A stretch of DNA of 26,683 bases from the NCBI GenBank assembly GCA_045605425.1, contig JAZUQA010000004.1, positions 1-26,683 of the forward strand. Direction: 5' to 3'. Of the stretch, positions 1 to 8,744 are shown in pieces. Source of the DNA: Acutalibacteraceae bacterium. GTDB taxonomy: Bacteria > Bacillota > Clostridia > Oscillospirales > Acutalibacteraceae. A model generated the notes under the pieces. That model saw only the letters and a list, made by a program, of their open reading frames with translations. It was not told where the DNA came from and searched no databases. Within the stretch, counting starts at the first letter, position 1. Every line of letters begins with the position of its first letter. Position numbers and translations under genes: made by a program.

Positions 1-141
1 TACGCTGATGAATAATGAATAATAACGGAAGGGCTACGCCCTTACCCATATTATTAAGATTCGGGTGCGGGTGTCCCGCCCGCAATTATTCATTATTCAC
101 TATTCATTATTCATTCGCAACAATTTATTGTTGCGCTAAAC
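1..141. repeat. Structured intergenic repeat, copy A (second copy at 7550-7687); may extend left of the window
   Basis: About 140 bp near-identical to 7550-7687 at both ends (tacgctgatgaataatgaataataa ... caattattcattattcactattcattattcattcgcaacaatttattgttgcg), with a variable GC-rich core. A 14-15 nt internal inverted repeat pairs gaataatgaataat with attattcattattc. ATTATTC-like heptads run in tandem. A terminal perfect hairpin gcaacaat-tt-attgttgc lies at 117-134. Confidence 0.85.
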
Positions 142-157
142 CGTAATTTGCTATACT
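128..157 (+). promoter_or_regulatory. Candidate sigma-A promoter for the AGCS symporter gene
   Basis: TTGTTG (128-133), 18-nt spacer, then an extended -10 TGcTATACT (149-157), about 65 nt upstream of ATG 223. The -35 is weak and overlaps the repeat hairpin. Confidence 0.3.
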
Positions 158-222
158 ACACCAACATCATACATCATATTAATTAGAATATAAAGACTTA
201 TTTTGATTTTTGGTGAAAAATT

Positions 223-1557
223 ATGTCAGGGATAATCTTTACAATACGGGAGCTTTGCTGGAATCCGCTGCTGCTTGCGGCATTTTTCGGGGTAGGGTTA
301 TATTTCAGCATAAAGTCGGGATTTTTACAGATACGCAGACCCGTATTTATATTCCGCTCAACCTTCGGCAACATAAAAAAATCCGACACAAAAGACGGAA
401 TATCACCTTTTGCCGCTCTTTCCGCAGCCCTTGCCGCCTGTATGGGCACAGGCAACATAATAGGTGTTGCAAGTGCGCTGACTCTCGGCGGCCCCGGCGC
501 AGTTTTCTGGATGGTTGTTTCTGCCTTGCTTGGTGAAATGACAAGCTGTGCGGAAAATATACTCGGCATAGAATACAGGGCAAGGAACGAAAAAAACGAG
601 TGGATGGGCGGCTCTTTGCTGTACATAGAAAAGGCCTTCGGAAGAAAAACCGCCTGCGTTTTCAGCGTTTTCTGCGTTGGTGCGGCACTCGGAATGGGAA
701 ATATGACACAGGCAAACGCTATCAGCACCGCTGTTTGTGAGCAGACTGAAGCCGTACCCGTTGCGCTCGGTGTTGCCGTTGCCGCCGTTGCAGGCATGGT
801 TATTTTCGGCGGAGTAAAGCGGGTTTCGGGCGTTACTGAAAAAATTATTCCGCCGCTTTCGCTGGCAGTGATAATTGCTCTGCTGGCAGTAATAATAAAG
901 AATTATACCTTTATCTTTACGTGCATCAAACAGATTTTTGTTTCGGCGTTTGATTTCGGCTCACTGTCGGCAGGCGTGGGCTCGTACACACTTTCAAAGG
1001 CAATTAAGGAGGGCTTTGCACGGGGTGTATTTTCCAACGAAGCCGGTTTAGGCTCTTCTCCCCTTGTGCACGCTTCGGCTGATGTCCGTGAACCGTTTGA
1101 GCAAGGCTTATGGGGAATTGCCGAGGTTTTTATTGACACGGTGCTGATGTGCACGCTGACCGCTCTTGCGCTTATGACAAGCGGAGCTTACGGAAGTAAC
1201 GCTCCCCTTTCGCCCGTACAGATGAGTGTTGCCGCTTTTTCGGATATTTTGGGGAATTCAAGCGGAATTTTCGTGTGCGTTGCGCTTTGCCTTTTTGCCT
1301 TTGCAACGATAATCGGCTGGGGCTTTTACGGCGAAAAAGCAGTAGAATACGCCTTTGGCGAAAAGGCAGTGACACCCTACAGAGCCGTGTTTTTAATCTG
1401 CACGGTTATAGGCACCTGCGTTTCACTCGACACGGTGTGGGCGCTTTCCGATATTTTCAACGCACTTATGGCTATACCCAACCTTGCTGCAATTATTAAG
1501 CTGAGAAAAGCTGCTGTTTACCATATAAAAAAATCAGCCACGGATAACCGTGACTGA
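223..1557 (+). CDS. Alanine/glycine:cation (sodium) symporter, AGCS family
   Basis: 444-aa polytopic ORF. The block GTGNIIGVASAL..GGPGAVFWMVVSALLG and the overall TM pattern are typical of the sodium:alanine symporter family (TC 2.A.25). GGTGA RBS lies 6 nt before the ATG. Confidence 0.9.
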   Translation: MSGIIFTIRELCWNPLLLAAFFGVGLYFSIKSGFLQIRRPVFIFRSTFGNIKKSDTKDGISPFAALSAALAACMGTGNIIGVASALTLGGPGAVFWMVVSALLGEMTSCAENILGIEYRARNEKNEWMGGSLLYIEKAFGRKTACVFSVFCVGAALGMGNMTQANAISTAVCEQTEAVPVALGVAVAAVAGMVIFGGVKRVSGVTEKIIPPLSLAVIIALLAVIIKNYTFIFTCIKQIFVSAFDFGSLSAGVGSYTLSKAIKEGFARGVFSNEAGLGSSPLVHASADVREPFEQGLWGIAEVFIDTVLMCTLTALALMTSGAYGSNAPLSPVQMSVAAFSDILGNSSGIFVCVALCLFAFATIIGWGFYGEKAVEYAFGEKAVTPYRAVFLICTVIGTCVSLDTVWALSDIFNALMAIPNLAAIIKLRKAAVYHIKKSATDNRD

Positions 1558-1576
1558 TTCGTGGATTAATTCAATT

Positions 1577-3241
1577 TCACTTAACTGCCTTCTTGGATGT
1601 TGTGAACTTGATGATAAACATACCTGCAAGCATAACAACAATCATAAGAGGAAGAACAATAGCAGCATTGGGTACGAAGCCGGCGATAACATAACCTACG
1701 AATGAGAACGCAGCAACCGTCATAGCGTAGGGAAGCTGGGTTGAAACGTGGTTGAGGTGGTTACACTGACCGCCTGCGGAGGACATAATTGTTGTATCGG
1801 AGATGGGTGAGCAGTGGTCGCCGCAGACAGCACCTGCAAGGCAAGCGGACATTGCGACAATCTGGAGAGGATCACCTGCTTCGAAGATAACAACAACAAT
1901 CGGGATAAGGATACCGAATGTGCCCCATGATGTACCTGTTGAGAAGGAAATAAAGCAAGCAACAAGGAAGATAATAGCAGGAAGGAACTTTGCAAGAGCA
2001 CCTGCGTTAGACATAACATCGTTAACAAAGGGCTGTGCGCCGAGAACGGCTGTCATATTCTTAAGAGCTGTTGCGAAGGTAAGAATAAGGATAGCGGGAA
2101 CCATTGCAATAAAGCCCTTGGGAATGCACTCCATAGCTTCCTTAACGGTAACAACCTTACGAAGCGCAAGATAAGCAATTGTGAATACAAGAGCAATAAT
2201 GCTGCCCCAGGGAAGACCGACTGTAGCATCAGTATCGGCAAAGGCTGTAATGAAATCAGCACCGTCGAAAATACCGCCGACATAAACAAGAGCGAATACG
2301 CAGGCAATAATAAGAACAACGATGGGAAGAACAAGGTCAAGAACCTTACCCTTGGGGTTGAAGCCCTCTTCCGTAACCTCTGCCTTTTCGCCTGAGGTGT
2401 AAAGGTCACCGTTCTTCATAGCGTTGAACTCGTGAAGCTTCATCGGGCCGAAGTCAAACTTCATAACTGCAAGAGCAACCACGAAAATGAGAGTGAGAAG
2501 TGAATAGAAATTGAAGGGAATTGCCTTTATAAACAGAGACAGTCCTTCTCCCTCGGGAGCGTAGGAGGAAACTGCTGCTGCCCAGGAAGAAATGGGAGCA
2601 ATCATACAAATCGGAGCTGCAGTAGCGTCGATAAGGTAAGACAGCTTTGCACGGGAAATCTTGTGGCTGTCTGTTACGGGGCGCATAACGGAGCCGACTG
2701 TAAGGCAGTTGAAATAGTCATCAATAAAGATAAGTACGCCCAGAACAAAGGTTGCAAGCATTGCACCTGTACGGGACTTGATGTGGGTCTGTGCCCAGCG
2801 GCCGAAAGCAGCTGAACCGCCCGACTTGTTGACAAGGGCAACAAGAATACCGAGAACAACGAGGAACACGAAGATACCTGCTGTACCGGATACGGCGGAA
2901 ATAAGACCGTCGTTAGTGAGGATATCCATAGTGCCGGTAAAGCTGAAATTTGAGCCGAGAAGAGCACCTGCAAGGATACCGATGAAAAGTGAGCTGTAAA
3001 CCTCTTTGGTTACAAGGGCAAGGCCGATAGCGATTACCGGGGGAACGAGAGCCCACCAGGAAGCCGTAACCTGACCTGCACCTGCACAGGTTTCGCAGTC
3101 TGCACCGTCAACAAGACCTGCACCGCCGCAATCAACACAGGGAGCAGTTGCCATTGCGCCGCCCGAAACGCCTGCCCAGACGAGCAGACCGACAATCGCT
3201 ACAGCGACAACAGCAAGAAGTATTTTTCTTGACTTTGACAT
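1577..3241 (-). CDS. nhaC: Na+/H+ antiporter NhaC-family transporter with an N-terminal signal-anchor helix plus a DnaJ-type CxxCxGxG x2 zinc-finger module
   Basis: Polytopic ORF with NhaC-like organisation (LVTKEVYSSLFIGIL..., C-terminal GDHCSPISDTTI motif). Start chosen at ATG 3241 (MSKSRK) because a GGAG RBS lies 8 nt upstream. The track start at 3301 is a GTG with no RBS. Confidence 0.85.
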   Translation of the reverse strand: MSKSRKILLAVVAVAIVGLLVWAGVSGGAMATAPCVDCGGAGLVDGADCETCAGAGQVTASWWALVPPVIAIGLALVTKEVYSSLFIGILAGALLGSNFSFTGTMDILTNDGLISAVSGTAGIFVFLVVLGILVALVNKSGGSAAFGRWAQTHIKSRTGAMLATFVLGVLIFIDDYFNCLTVGSVMRPVTDSHKISRAKLSYLIDATAAPICMIAPISSWAAAVSSYAPEGEGLSLFIKAIPFNFYSLLTLIFVVALAVMKFDFGPMKLHEFNAMKNGDLYTSGEKAEVTEEGFNPKGKVLDLVLPIVVLIIACVFALVYVGGIFDGADFITAFADTDATVGLPWGSIIALVFTIAYLALRKVVTVKEAMECIPKGFIAMVPAILILTFATALKNMTAVLGAQPFVNDVMSNAGALAKFLPAIIFLVACFISFSTGTSWGTFGILIPIVVVIFEAGDPLQIVAMSACLAGAVCGDHCSPISDTTIMSSAGGQCNHLNHVSTQLPYAMTVAAFSFVGYVIAGFVPNAAIVLPLMIVVMLAGMFIIKFTTSKKAVK

Positions 3242-3289
3242 TTTAGTCACTCCTAAAAGTTTATTTTGGGAATATGCTTTTACGGGTTG

Positions 3290-3318
3290 AATATAGCACA
3301 CTTAAATTACAGTGTCAA
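3290..3318 (-). promoter_or_regulatory. Sigma-A type promoter for nhaC
   Basis: On the minus strand: TTGACA (3318-3313), 17-nt spacer, TATATT (3295-3290), preceded by TGc (extended -10). It lies about 50 nt upstream of ATG 3241. Confidence 0.6.
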
Positions 3319-3378
3319 CAACAATATTCGAAAAGAAAAGATTTATTATTACTTATTTCTACTTTATTCCTTACTATT

Positions 3379-5565
3379 TCACACAATATAGCTGTGTGTG
3401 CCTGCTTCGACTTCGTATTCTCCGTCGGGCAGAGTTACCGTTGCGGTACAGCCCTCGGGAACAGTGAAAATATATGTTGTTTTACCGTTTTCACGCTTCC
3501 ATTCGCTCTTGACAAGGCCGTTGCGTGTATCAACACTTGCCTTTACCCAGTCAATGCGTGAATCGGTATAGGGCTTAAAGAGAATGTGCTTATAAGCAGG
3601 GTTCTTTTCGTCAATCTTGATACCTGCCATATCGCCGTACATCCAGTCGGCAACGGCACCGTATGCGTAGTGGTTGAAGGAATTCATTTCCGTGCTCCAC
3701 ATTGTGCCGTCCTCACGCATACCGTCCCAGTGCTCCCAGATAGTCGTTGCACCCATTCGCACCGAGAAGAGCCACGACGGATAATCCTCACGAAGAATAA
3801 GGTCGTAAGCGGTCTTTACATAGCCGTTATCGGTAAGTGCGTGGAGAAGATACGGTGTGCCGACAAAGCCTGTTTTAAGGTGACCGCACTCGGTTACAAG
3901 GTCGTTAAGCTGCTTTGCGGTTTCTGCAAGGTTATCTGAAATACCAAAGTGTACGGCAAGGGTTGCGGCAGTCTGTGTTGCGTATTCGGGCTTAATTCTG
4001 CCGTTTTCCATAAACATATTACGGAAAGCAATGATTGAATTCTCTCGCTTCGTCTTGTATTCAAAAGCATCCTCACCGCAAAGCTCCATAGCCTTGATAA
4101 GGATTTCACTTGAATAGATATAGTAAGCGGTTGCAATAAGGTCTTTATTCGTACCGATGTCGCACTTGCCGACATCGCTTGCATCAAGGTTAAGCCAATC
4201 GCCGAAATGCCAGCTCTTGCACCAGATACCGTCAACGCTGCTATTTTCAATGTACTCAATATAATTCTTCATTGAGTCAAGCGATTCGGCAATCAAATCC
4301 TTGTTTGCGTAGGACAGATACATCTGCCAGGGACAAACCGTTACAGCATCCGCCCAGGCGGCAGAGGAATTTTCGTCAACATCGAAAAGATCGGGAATTA
4401 CGTGAGGAATAGTACCCCACGGTCTCTGCTCTGCCCTCAAATCGGCAAGCCACTTGATAAAGAAGCGCTCAACATCGAAGTTATAGGCAGCCGCCTTTAC
4501 AAAGACTTGTGCATCACCCGTCCAGCCGAGTCTTTCATCACGCTGCGGACAGTCTGTAGGCACGTCGAGATAGTTGCCCTTCTGACCCCAGATAACGTTG
4601 TGGTAGAGCTTGTTGAGCATTTTGCTTGAGCACTCAAAGTGACCCGTGCGCTTCATTTCGGAATGGACAACTATAGCCGTGAAGTTTTCGAGCTTGACTT
4701 CGTCGCTCCAGTTTTCGAGCTTTATGTAACGGAAGCCGAAGAAATCAAAATCGGGCTTGCAGATATGCTCCTCACCGTCGCAGACAAAGCGAGCCTGTGC
4801 CTTTGCGGAGCGAAGGTTATCCCTGTAGAAATTACCCTGAGCATCAAGCACCTCACCGTGGTGAATAACGGCGGTTTCGCCCTTGCTGCCCTTGATTTTA
4901 AATTCAACATAGCCCGTGAGATTCTGACCGAAATCAACAACGATTTCACCCTTGGGGGTGATAATTATTTCCTTGGCGGGAATTCTCTCCTGCTCAATAA
5001 CCTTTTCGCCCTGACGGTCAAGAAGAATCTTATTATTATGAGGGAATGCAACAGCCTTCATCGGCTCTGCATCAACAAAATTCGGGTCGTATGTATAGCC
5101 GTTGTAAAGGTCAGTTGAAATGAATTTACCGAGTTCAGCCGTCCAGCTTCCGTCGGTATAAATAACCTCGCTTGTGCCGTCGGCATATTCAAGGGTGAGG
5201 GCTGCAATAAGTGCCGTTTCACGCACGCCGAGGAAATAGCCTGCGCAACGCTCGTTACCCGTAAAATATCTGCCCTTCCAGCCGGGACCGACACCGATTG
5301 AAACTGTATTATTCTCCTTGAGCATAGCGGTCACATCGTAGGTTTCAACCTGCAGGCGCTTCTGATAGGCAGTCCAGCCCGGTGCAAGGACATAGTCCCC
5401 TACTCTTTCGCCGTTGATGTCAACAACATATACGCCCAGTGCCGTAGCCTCTAGGCTTGCGCTGACAAGGTCTTTTTTTACCTCAAAGTTCTTTGTGTAG
5501 CGGATTTCACACTCTTTACAGAGCTTCGGGCTTTTAATCCATTGTGCGTTGGTAATGTTTTTCAT
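3379..5565 (-). CDS. Alpha-L-rhamnosidase, glycoside hydrolase family 78
   Basis: 728-aa ORF containing the GH78 hallmark block PTDCPQRDERLGWTGDAQVF and the C-terminal beta-sandwich region. AGGAGG RBS precedes the ATG. Confidence 0.9.
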   Translation of the reverse strand: MKNITNAQWIKSPKLCKECEIRYTKNFEVKKDLVSASLEATALGVYVVDINGERVGDYVLAPGWTAYQKRLQVETYDVTAMLKENNTVSIGVGPGWKGRYFTGNERCAGYFLGVRETALIAALTLEYADGTSEVIYTDGSWTAELGKFISTDLYNGYTYDPNFVDAEPMKAVAFPHNNKILLDRQGEKVIEQERIPAKEIIITPKGEIVVDFGQNLTGYVEFKIKGSKGETAVIHHGEVLDAQGNFYRDNLRSAKAQARFVCDGEEHICKPDFDFFGFRYIKLENWSDEVKLENFTAIVVHSEMKRTGHFECSSKMLNKLYHNVIWGQKGNYLDVPTDCPQRDERLGWTGDAQVFVKAAAYNFDVERFFIKWLADLRAEQRPWGTIPHVIPDLFDVDENSSAAWADAVTVCPWQMYLSYANKDLIAESLDSMKNYIEYIENSSVDGIWCKSWHFGDWLNLDASDVGKCDIGTNKDLIATAYYIYSSEILIKAMELCGEDAFEYKTKRENSIIAFRNMFMENGRIKPEYATQTAATLAVHFGISDNLAETAKQLNDLVTECGHLKTGFVGTPYLLHALTDNGYVKTAYDLILREDYPSWLFSVRMGATTIWEHWDGMREDGTMWSTEMNSFNHYAYGAVADWMYGDMAGIKIDEKNPAYKHILFKPYTDSRIDWVKASVDTRNGLVKSEWKRENGKTTYIFTVPEGCTATVTLPDGEYEVEAGTHSYIV

Positions 5566-5583
5566 TATTTATTACCTCCTAAA

Positions 5584-7485
5584 TTATTCCAGCTTGCTCT
5601 GGGTTTCTTCCCATTCTTCAAGCAGAAGTTCAAGTTTTGTGTTGAGCTCGTCAATTTTTGCGGTAAGCTCTATAACCTTTTCAAAGTCTGCCGCAGTTTC
5701 GGGCTTTTCAAGCTCTGACTGTGCCGAGTTTATTTCTTCCTCGGTCTTTGTTATTTCAGCCTCTACCCTTCGGCAGGCGGCTGCGAGCTTGCGCTTTTCG
5801 CTGTCCTTCAGCTTGCGCTGCTTGTAGCCGTCCTCTTTTATTTCCTTCTCCTTGGGCTGTGCGGCCTGTTGCGCCTTTATGGCTTCAAGGCGTGCAAGGT
5901 ATTCGTCGTAATCGTTGCCGAAATCCTCTGCACCGTTTCTGCCAAGGCGAAGAATACGGGTGGAAAGCTTATTTATAAAATAGCGGTCGTGCGAAACAAT
6001 GAGCATAGTGCCGTCGTAGTCAAGAAGTGCGTCCTCAAGAGCTTCACGGGAGCTTATATCAAGGTGGTTTGTCGGCTCGTCAAGCAGCAGAAGATTATAG
6101 CCGCCGAGCATTAATTTAAGCATAGCAAGCCTTGCCTTTTCGCCGCCGCTCAAATCGCCTACCCTTGCAAAAACATCGTCACCCCTGAAAAGGAAGGCGG
6201 CAAGAGCGCTGCGCACCTCGGTCTGGGTTAATCTGCGGTACTGATCCCACACCTCGTCAAGCACGGTTTTATCCTCGTGCAAACCTTCAAGCGACTGGTC
6301 AAAATAACCTACCCTTACGTTTTCGCCGAATTTGCGGATACCTGCCTGCGGAATATACTGACCCATCAGCACACGCAAAAATGTAGTTTTTCCGCAGCCG
6401 TTAGCGCCTAGCAGAAATGCACGCTCGCCTTTCTTAATAAGTAAATCGACGTTTTCAAACAGAGGCTCTGCGCCAAAGCTCTTTGTTAATCCTTGCGTTA
6501 TGAGCACGTCGTTACCAGTTTCAACAAGCGTGCCGAATTTAAATTTCAGCGTTGCCTCGTCCGACTCAGGCTTTTCAAGTCCGTCAAGCAAGCGGTCGAT
6601 TGATTTCTGCTTATGCTCTGCTGTTCGGATATTTCGCTCTCTGTTCCATTGCTTTTGCTGTTCGATTATTTTTTCTATTCTGTGAACCTCTGCCATTGTG
6701 TTATCGTAATGGCGCTGTTCGATTAGTTTGTCCTTTTCCTTCTGCTCGATAAACTTCGTATAGCCGCCGTTGTAAATTCTCATTCTGCGGTGCTCGATTT
6801 CCATTGTACGTGTTGTGACACGGTCGAGGAAATAACGGTCGTGCGAAATAATCAGCGCCGCACCCTTATAATCCGAAAGGAAGTTTTCCAGCCATTCCAC
6901 GCTGTCAATATCAAGGTGGTTTGTAGGCTCGTCAAGCAGCAGCAAATCGGGCGAAGAAAGCAACAATTTGCCGAGGCTCAGCTTTGACCGCTGACCTCCG
7001 CTCAACCTGTCGCAGGCGAGAGTATGCATTTCAACAGGAAAGCCCAGACCCGTGAGCATTGATTTTGCACGGCTTCTGTAAGTAAGACCGCCGTCACGCT
7101 CGTACTTTTCGTGCAGGCGAAGCTGCTCGTCAATAAGAGCATCAATATCGCCGCCCTTATCGATAAGGCGGTTTAACTGCTCAAGGCGGATTTCAATTTG
7201 CATAAGCGGCTCAAAAACGGTGAGAATTTCATCGTAAATACTTCTTACCGAATTGCGGCAGGCGTGCTGCTCCATATAGCCGACAACGGTATTTTTACCC
7301 GGATGAATTTCGCCCGAGGTAGGCTGCTCCTGACCTAAAACAAGGCGGAAAAGAGTAGTCTTACCCGTACCGTTTGCACCGATTAAGCCGACACGCTCCC
7401 CTTCCTTTATATCAAAGGAAACCTTGTCAAAAAGCACACGGTCGCCAAAGGACATATTTAAATTTTGTGCTGATAATACTGCCAT
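5584..7485 (-). CDS. ABC-F family ATPase (Uup/YdiF-like, two ABC domains, no TM domain, C-terminal coiled coil)
   Basis: 633 aa. It has two Walker A motifs (GANGTGKTT, GANGCGKTT), two ABC signatures (LSGGQRSK, LSGGEKAR), two Walker B motifs (LLLLDEPTNHLD twice), an inter-domain linker and a charged K/E-rich C-terminal helix. GGAG RBS present. Confidence 0.9.
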   Translation of the reverse strand: MAVLSAQNLNMSFGDRVLFDKVSFDIKEGERVGLIGANGTGKTTLFRLVLGQEQPTSGEIHPGKNTVVGYMEQHACRNSVRSIYDEILTVFEPLMQIEIRLEQLNRLIDKGGDIDALIDEQLRLHEKYERDGGLTYRSRAKSMLTGLGFPVEMHTLACDRLSGGQRSKLSLGKLLLSSPDLLLLDEPTNHLDIDSVEWLENFLSDYKGAALIISHDRYFLDRVTTRTMEIEHRRMRIYNGGYTKFIEQKEKDKLIEQRHYDNTMAEVHRIEKIIEQQKQWNRERNIRTAEHKQKSIDRLLDGLEKPESDEATLKFKFGTLVETGNDVLITQGLTKSFGAEPLFENVDLLIKKGERAFLLGANGCGKTTFLRVLMGQYIPQAGIRKFGENVRVGYFDQSLEGLHEDKTVLDEVWDQYRRLTQTEVRSALAAFLFRGDDVFARVGDLSGGEKARLAMLKLMLGGYNLLLLDEPTNHLDISSREALEDALLDYDGTMLIVSHDRYFINKLSTRILRLGRNGAEDFGNDYDEYLARLEAIKAQQAAQPKEKEIKEDGYKQRKLKDSEKRKLAAACRRVEAEITKTEEEINSAQSELEKPETAADFEKVIELTAKIDELNTKLELLLEEWEETQSKLE

Positions 7486-7494
7486 AGTTACTCC

Positions 7495-7522
7495 AAATTA
7501 CAGTTTGTCTGTGACAAACTGT
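7495..7522. repeat. Perfect 10-bp stem hairpin carrying the 14-mer AAATTACAGTTTGT that is also found at both ends of the 21-kb repeat cluster
   Basis: acagtttgtc (7500-7509), loop tgt, gacaaactgt (7513-7522). It lies between the ABC-F RBS and the manA 3' end. The 14-mer at 7495-7508 is identical to 21077-21090 and to the reverse complement of 21279-21292. Confidence 0.8.
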
Positions 7523-7549
7523 TAATGAAAAATGAATAATGAAGCCGCA

Positions 7550-7687
7550 TACGCTGATGAATAATGAATAATAAAGAGAGGGCTTACGCCCTCACCCATT
7601 ATATTTTCGGGTGCGGGTGTCCCGCCAACAATTATTCATTATTCACTATTCATTATTCATTCGCAACAATTTATTGTTGCGTTAAAC
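7550..7687. repeat. Structured intergenic repeat, copy B (paired with 1-141)
   Basis: Same conserved ends as copy A. The core differs by small indels. The hairpin gagggc-ttac-gccctc replaces aagggc-tac-gccctt of copy A, so the outer pair covaries A-T to G-C. The terminal hairpin at 7663-7680 abuts the manA stop codon (7682-7684). Confidence 0.85.
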
Positions 7688-8647
7688 TCTGCTCTCTAAA
7701 ATTTCAATCTTACCTTCAACGGTGTACTCGCCTGCATTTGCAGGAACAAACACGCCGTCGCCTTTTGCGATATCGAGAGTAACTCCGCCGCAGGAAATTC
7801 TGCCGCAGCCGTCGAGAATCATAATATGTACAAAGGAATTTTCATCGGCAAGGCTCTTGTATGTGCCGTCTATCTCAACTCTGTTCACGCTGAAAAGCTC
7901 AAAGCTGACAAGCTCGGTTTTTGTTGCGCCGTCAAGCTTTTCAACCTTTGTGAGGGTGGGAATTGACGGGCACGGAGGCTCACACTTGGTAACATCAAGC
8001 GTTTCCTTGATGTGAAGCGGTCTCGGGCCGTTGCACTTAGCGTCAAAGCGGTTATAGTCGTAGGCTCTGAAGGTAACGTTTGAATTCTGCTGCACCTCGG
8101 CAAGCAGTATGCCCTTGCAGATAGCGTGGAGCGTGCCTGCCTCGATAAAGAAGAAATCGCCCTTCTTTACTTCAACGAAGTTTACAACATCCTCAATTCT
8201 GTTTTCTTCAATTGCCTTTGCAAATTCCTCAGTTGTTATTTTGTTTTTAAAACCGTAGATAATTTTTGCGCCCGGCTCACAGTCCATAATATACCAGCAC
8301 TCGGTCTTACCGAAGCCGCCGTTATACTGCTTGGCATATTCATCATCGGGGTGTACCTGTACGGAAAGGTCGTCCGCCGCATCAATAAACTTTATTAAAA
8401 TCGGGAAATCGTCAAAATTTTCTGCGTTTTTGCCGAGAATGCCCTTGCCTGCCTTTTCGATAATTTCGGGCATAGTAAGTCCGTCATACTCGCCGCCGCA
8501 GGCCTTCGACTCAAAATCCTTAAAGCAGGAAAGCATCCACGCTTCGGCACAGTTTTCTAGGTCTGTTTTGACGTTGTAGTTTTCAATAAGCTTTCTGCCG
8601 CCCCATATAGTGCGCACAGCAAAGGGCATAAGTTTTGTGATATTCAT
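7682..8647 (-). CDS. manA: Mannose-6-phosphate isomerase, class I
   Basis: 321 aa. N-terminal ...RTIWGG..., QVHPDDEYA and KTECWYI metal-site motifs are typical of type I PMI (Bacillus ManA size class). AAGGAG RBS present. Confidence 0.9.
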   Translation of the reverse strand: MNITKLMPFAVRTIWGGRKLIENYNVKTDLENCAEAWMLSCFKDFESKACGGEYDGLTMPEIIEKAGKGILGKNAENFDDFPILIKFIDAADDLSVQVHPDDEYAKQYNGGFGKTECWYIMDCEPGAKIIYGFKNKITTEEFAKAIEENRIEDVVNFVEVKKGDFFFIEAGTLHAICKGILLAEVQQNSNVTFRAYDYNRFDAKCNGPRPLHIKETLDVTKCEPPCPSIPTLTKVEKLDGATKTELVSFELFSVNRVEIDGTYKSLADENSFVHIMILDGCGRISCGGVTLDIAKGDGVFVPANAGEYTVEGKIEILESRV

Positions 8648-8744
8648 AATGAAATCTCCTTATCGGGTTGAATAATTACAAGAATATTTGTCCATTATCT
8701 TTACATAAAAATGTTATACAGTTTGTGAACAGAAAGGATAGATT

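Noticed and set aside
198-797. 199-aa ORF on the minus strand, and the 210-536 plus-strand ORF, both overlapping the 5' part of the AGCS gene
   Set aside because: They lie antisense or out of frame to a gene with clear AGCS family motifs. The sequences are low-complexity (A/T/S/P or R/C rich), have no RBS and show no recognisable motif.
3242-3301. 20-codon N-terminal extension of nhaC from GTG 3301 (MCYIQPVKAYSQNKLLGVTK)
   Set aside because: No RBS is present. The extension overlaps the TTGACA-17-TATATT promoter at 3290-3318. ATG 3241 has a well-spaced GGAG.
5549-5827. Ser-rich 92-aa plus-strand ORF, and other plus-strand ORFs across 5.5-7.0 kb
   Set aside because: They lie antisense to the ABC-F gene, whose Walker and signature motifs are unambiguous. 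The composition is an artefact of reading the K/E-rich coiled-coil codons in reverse.
7564-7782. A small ORF in the track, and a 25-codon minus-strand ORF (MGEGVSPLFIIHYSSAYAASLFIFH) inside repeat copy B
   Set aside because: In repeat copy A the equivalent reading frame is shifted by indels (MGKGVALPLLFIIHQR...), so there is no coding conservation. There is no RBS.
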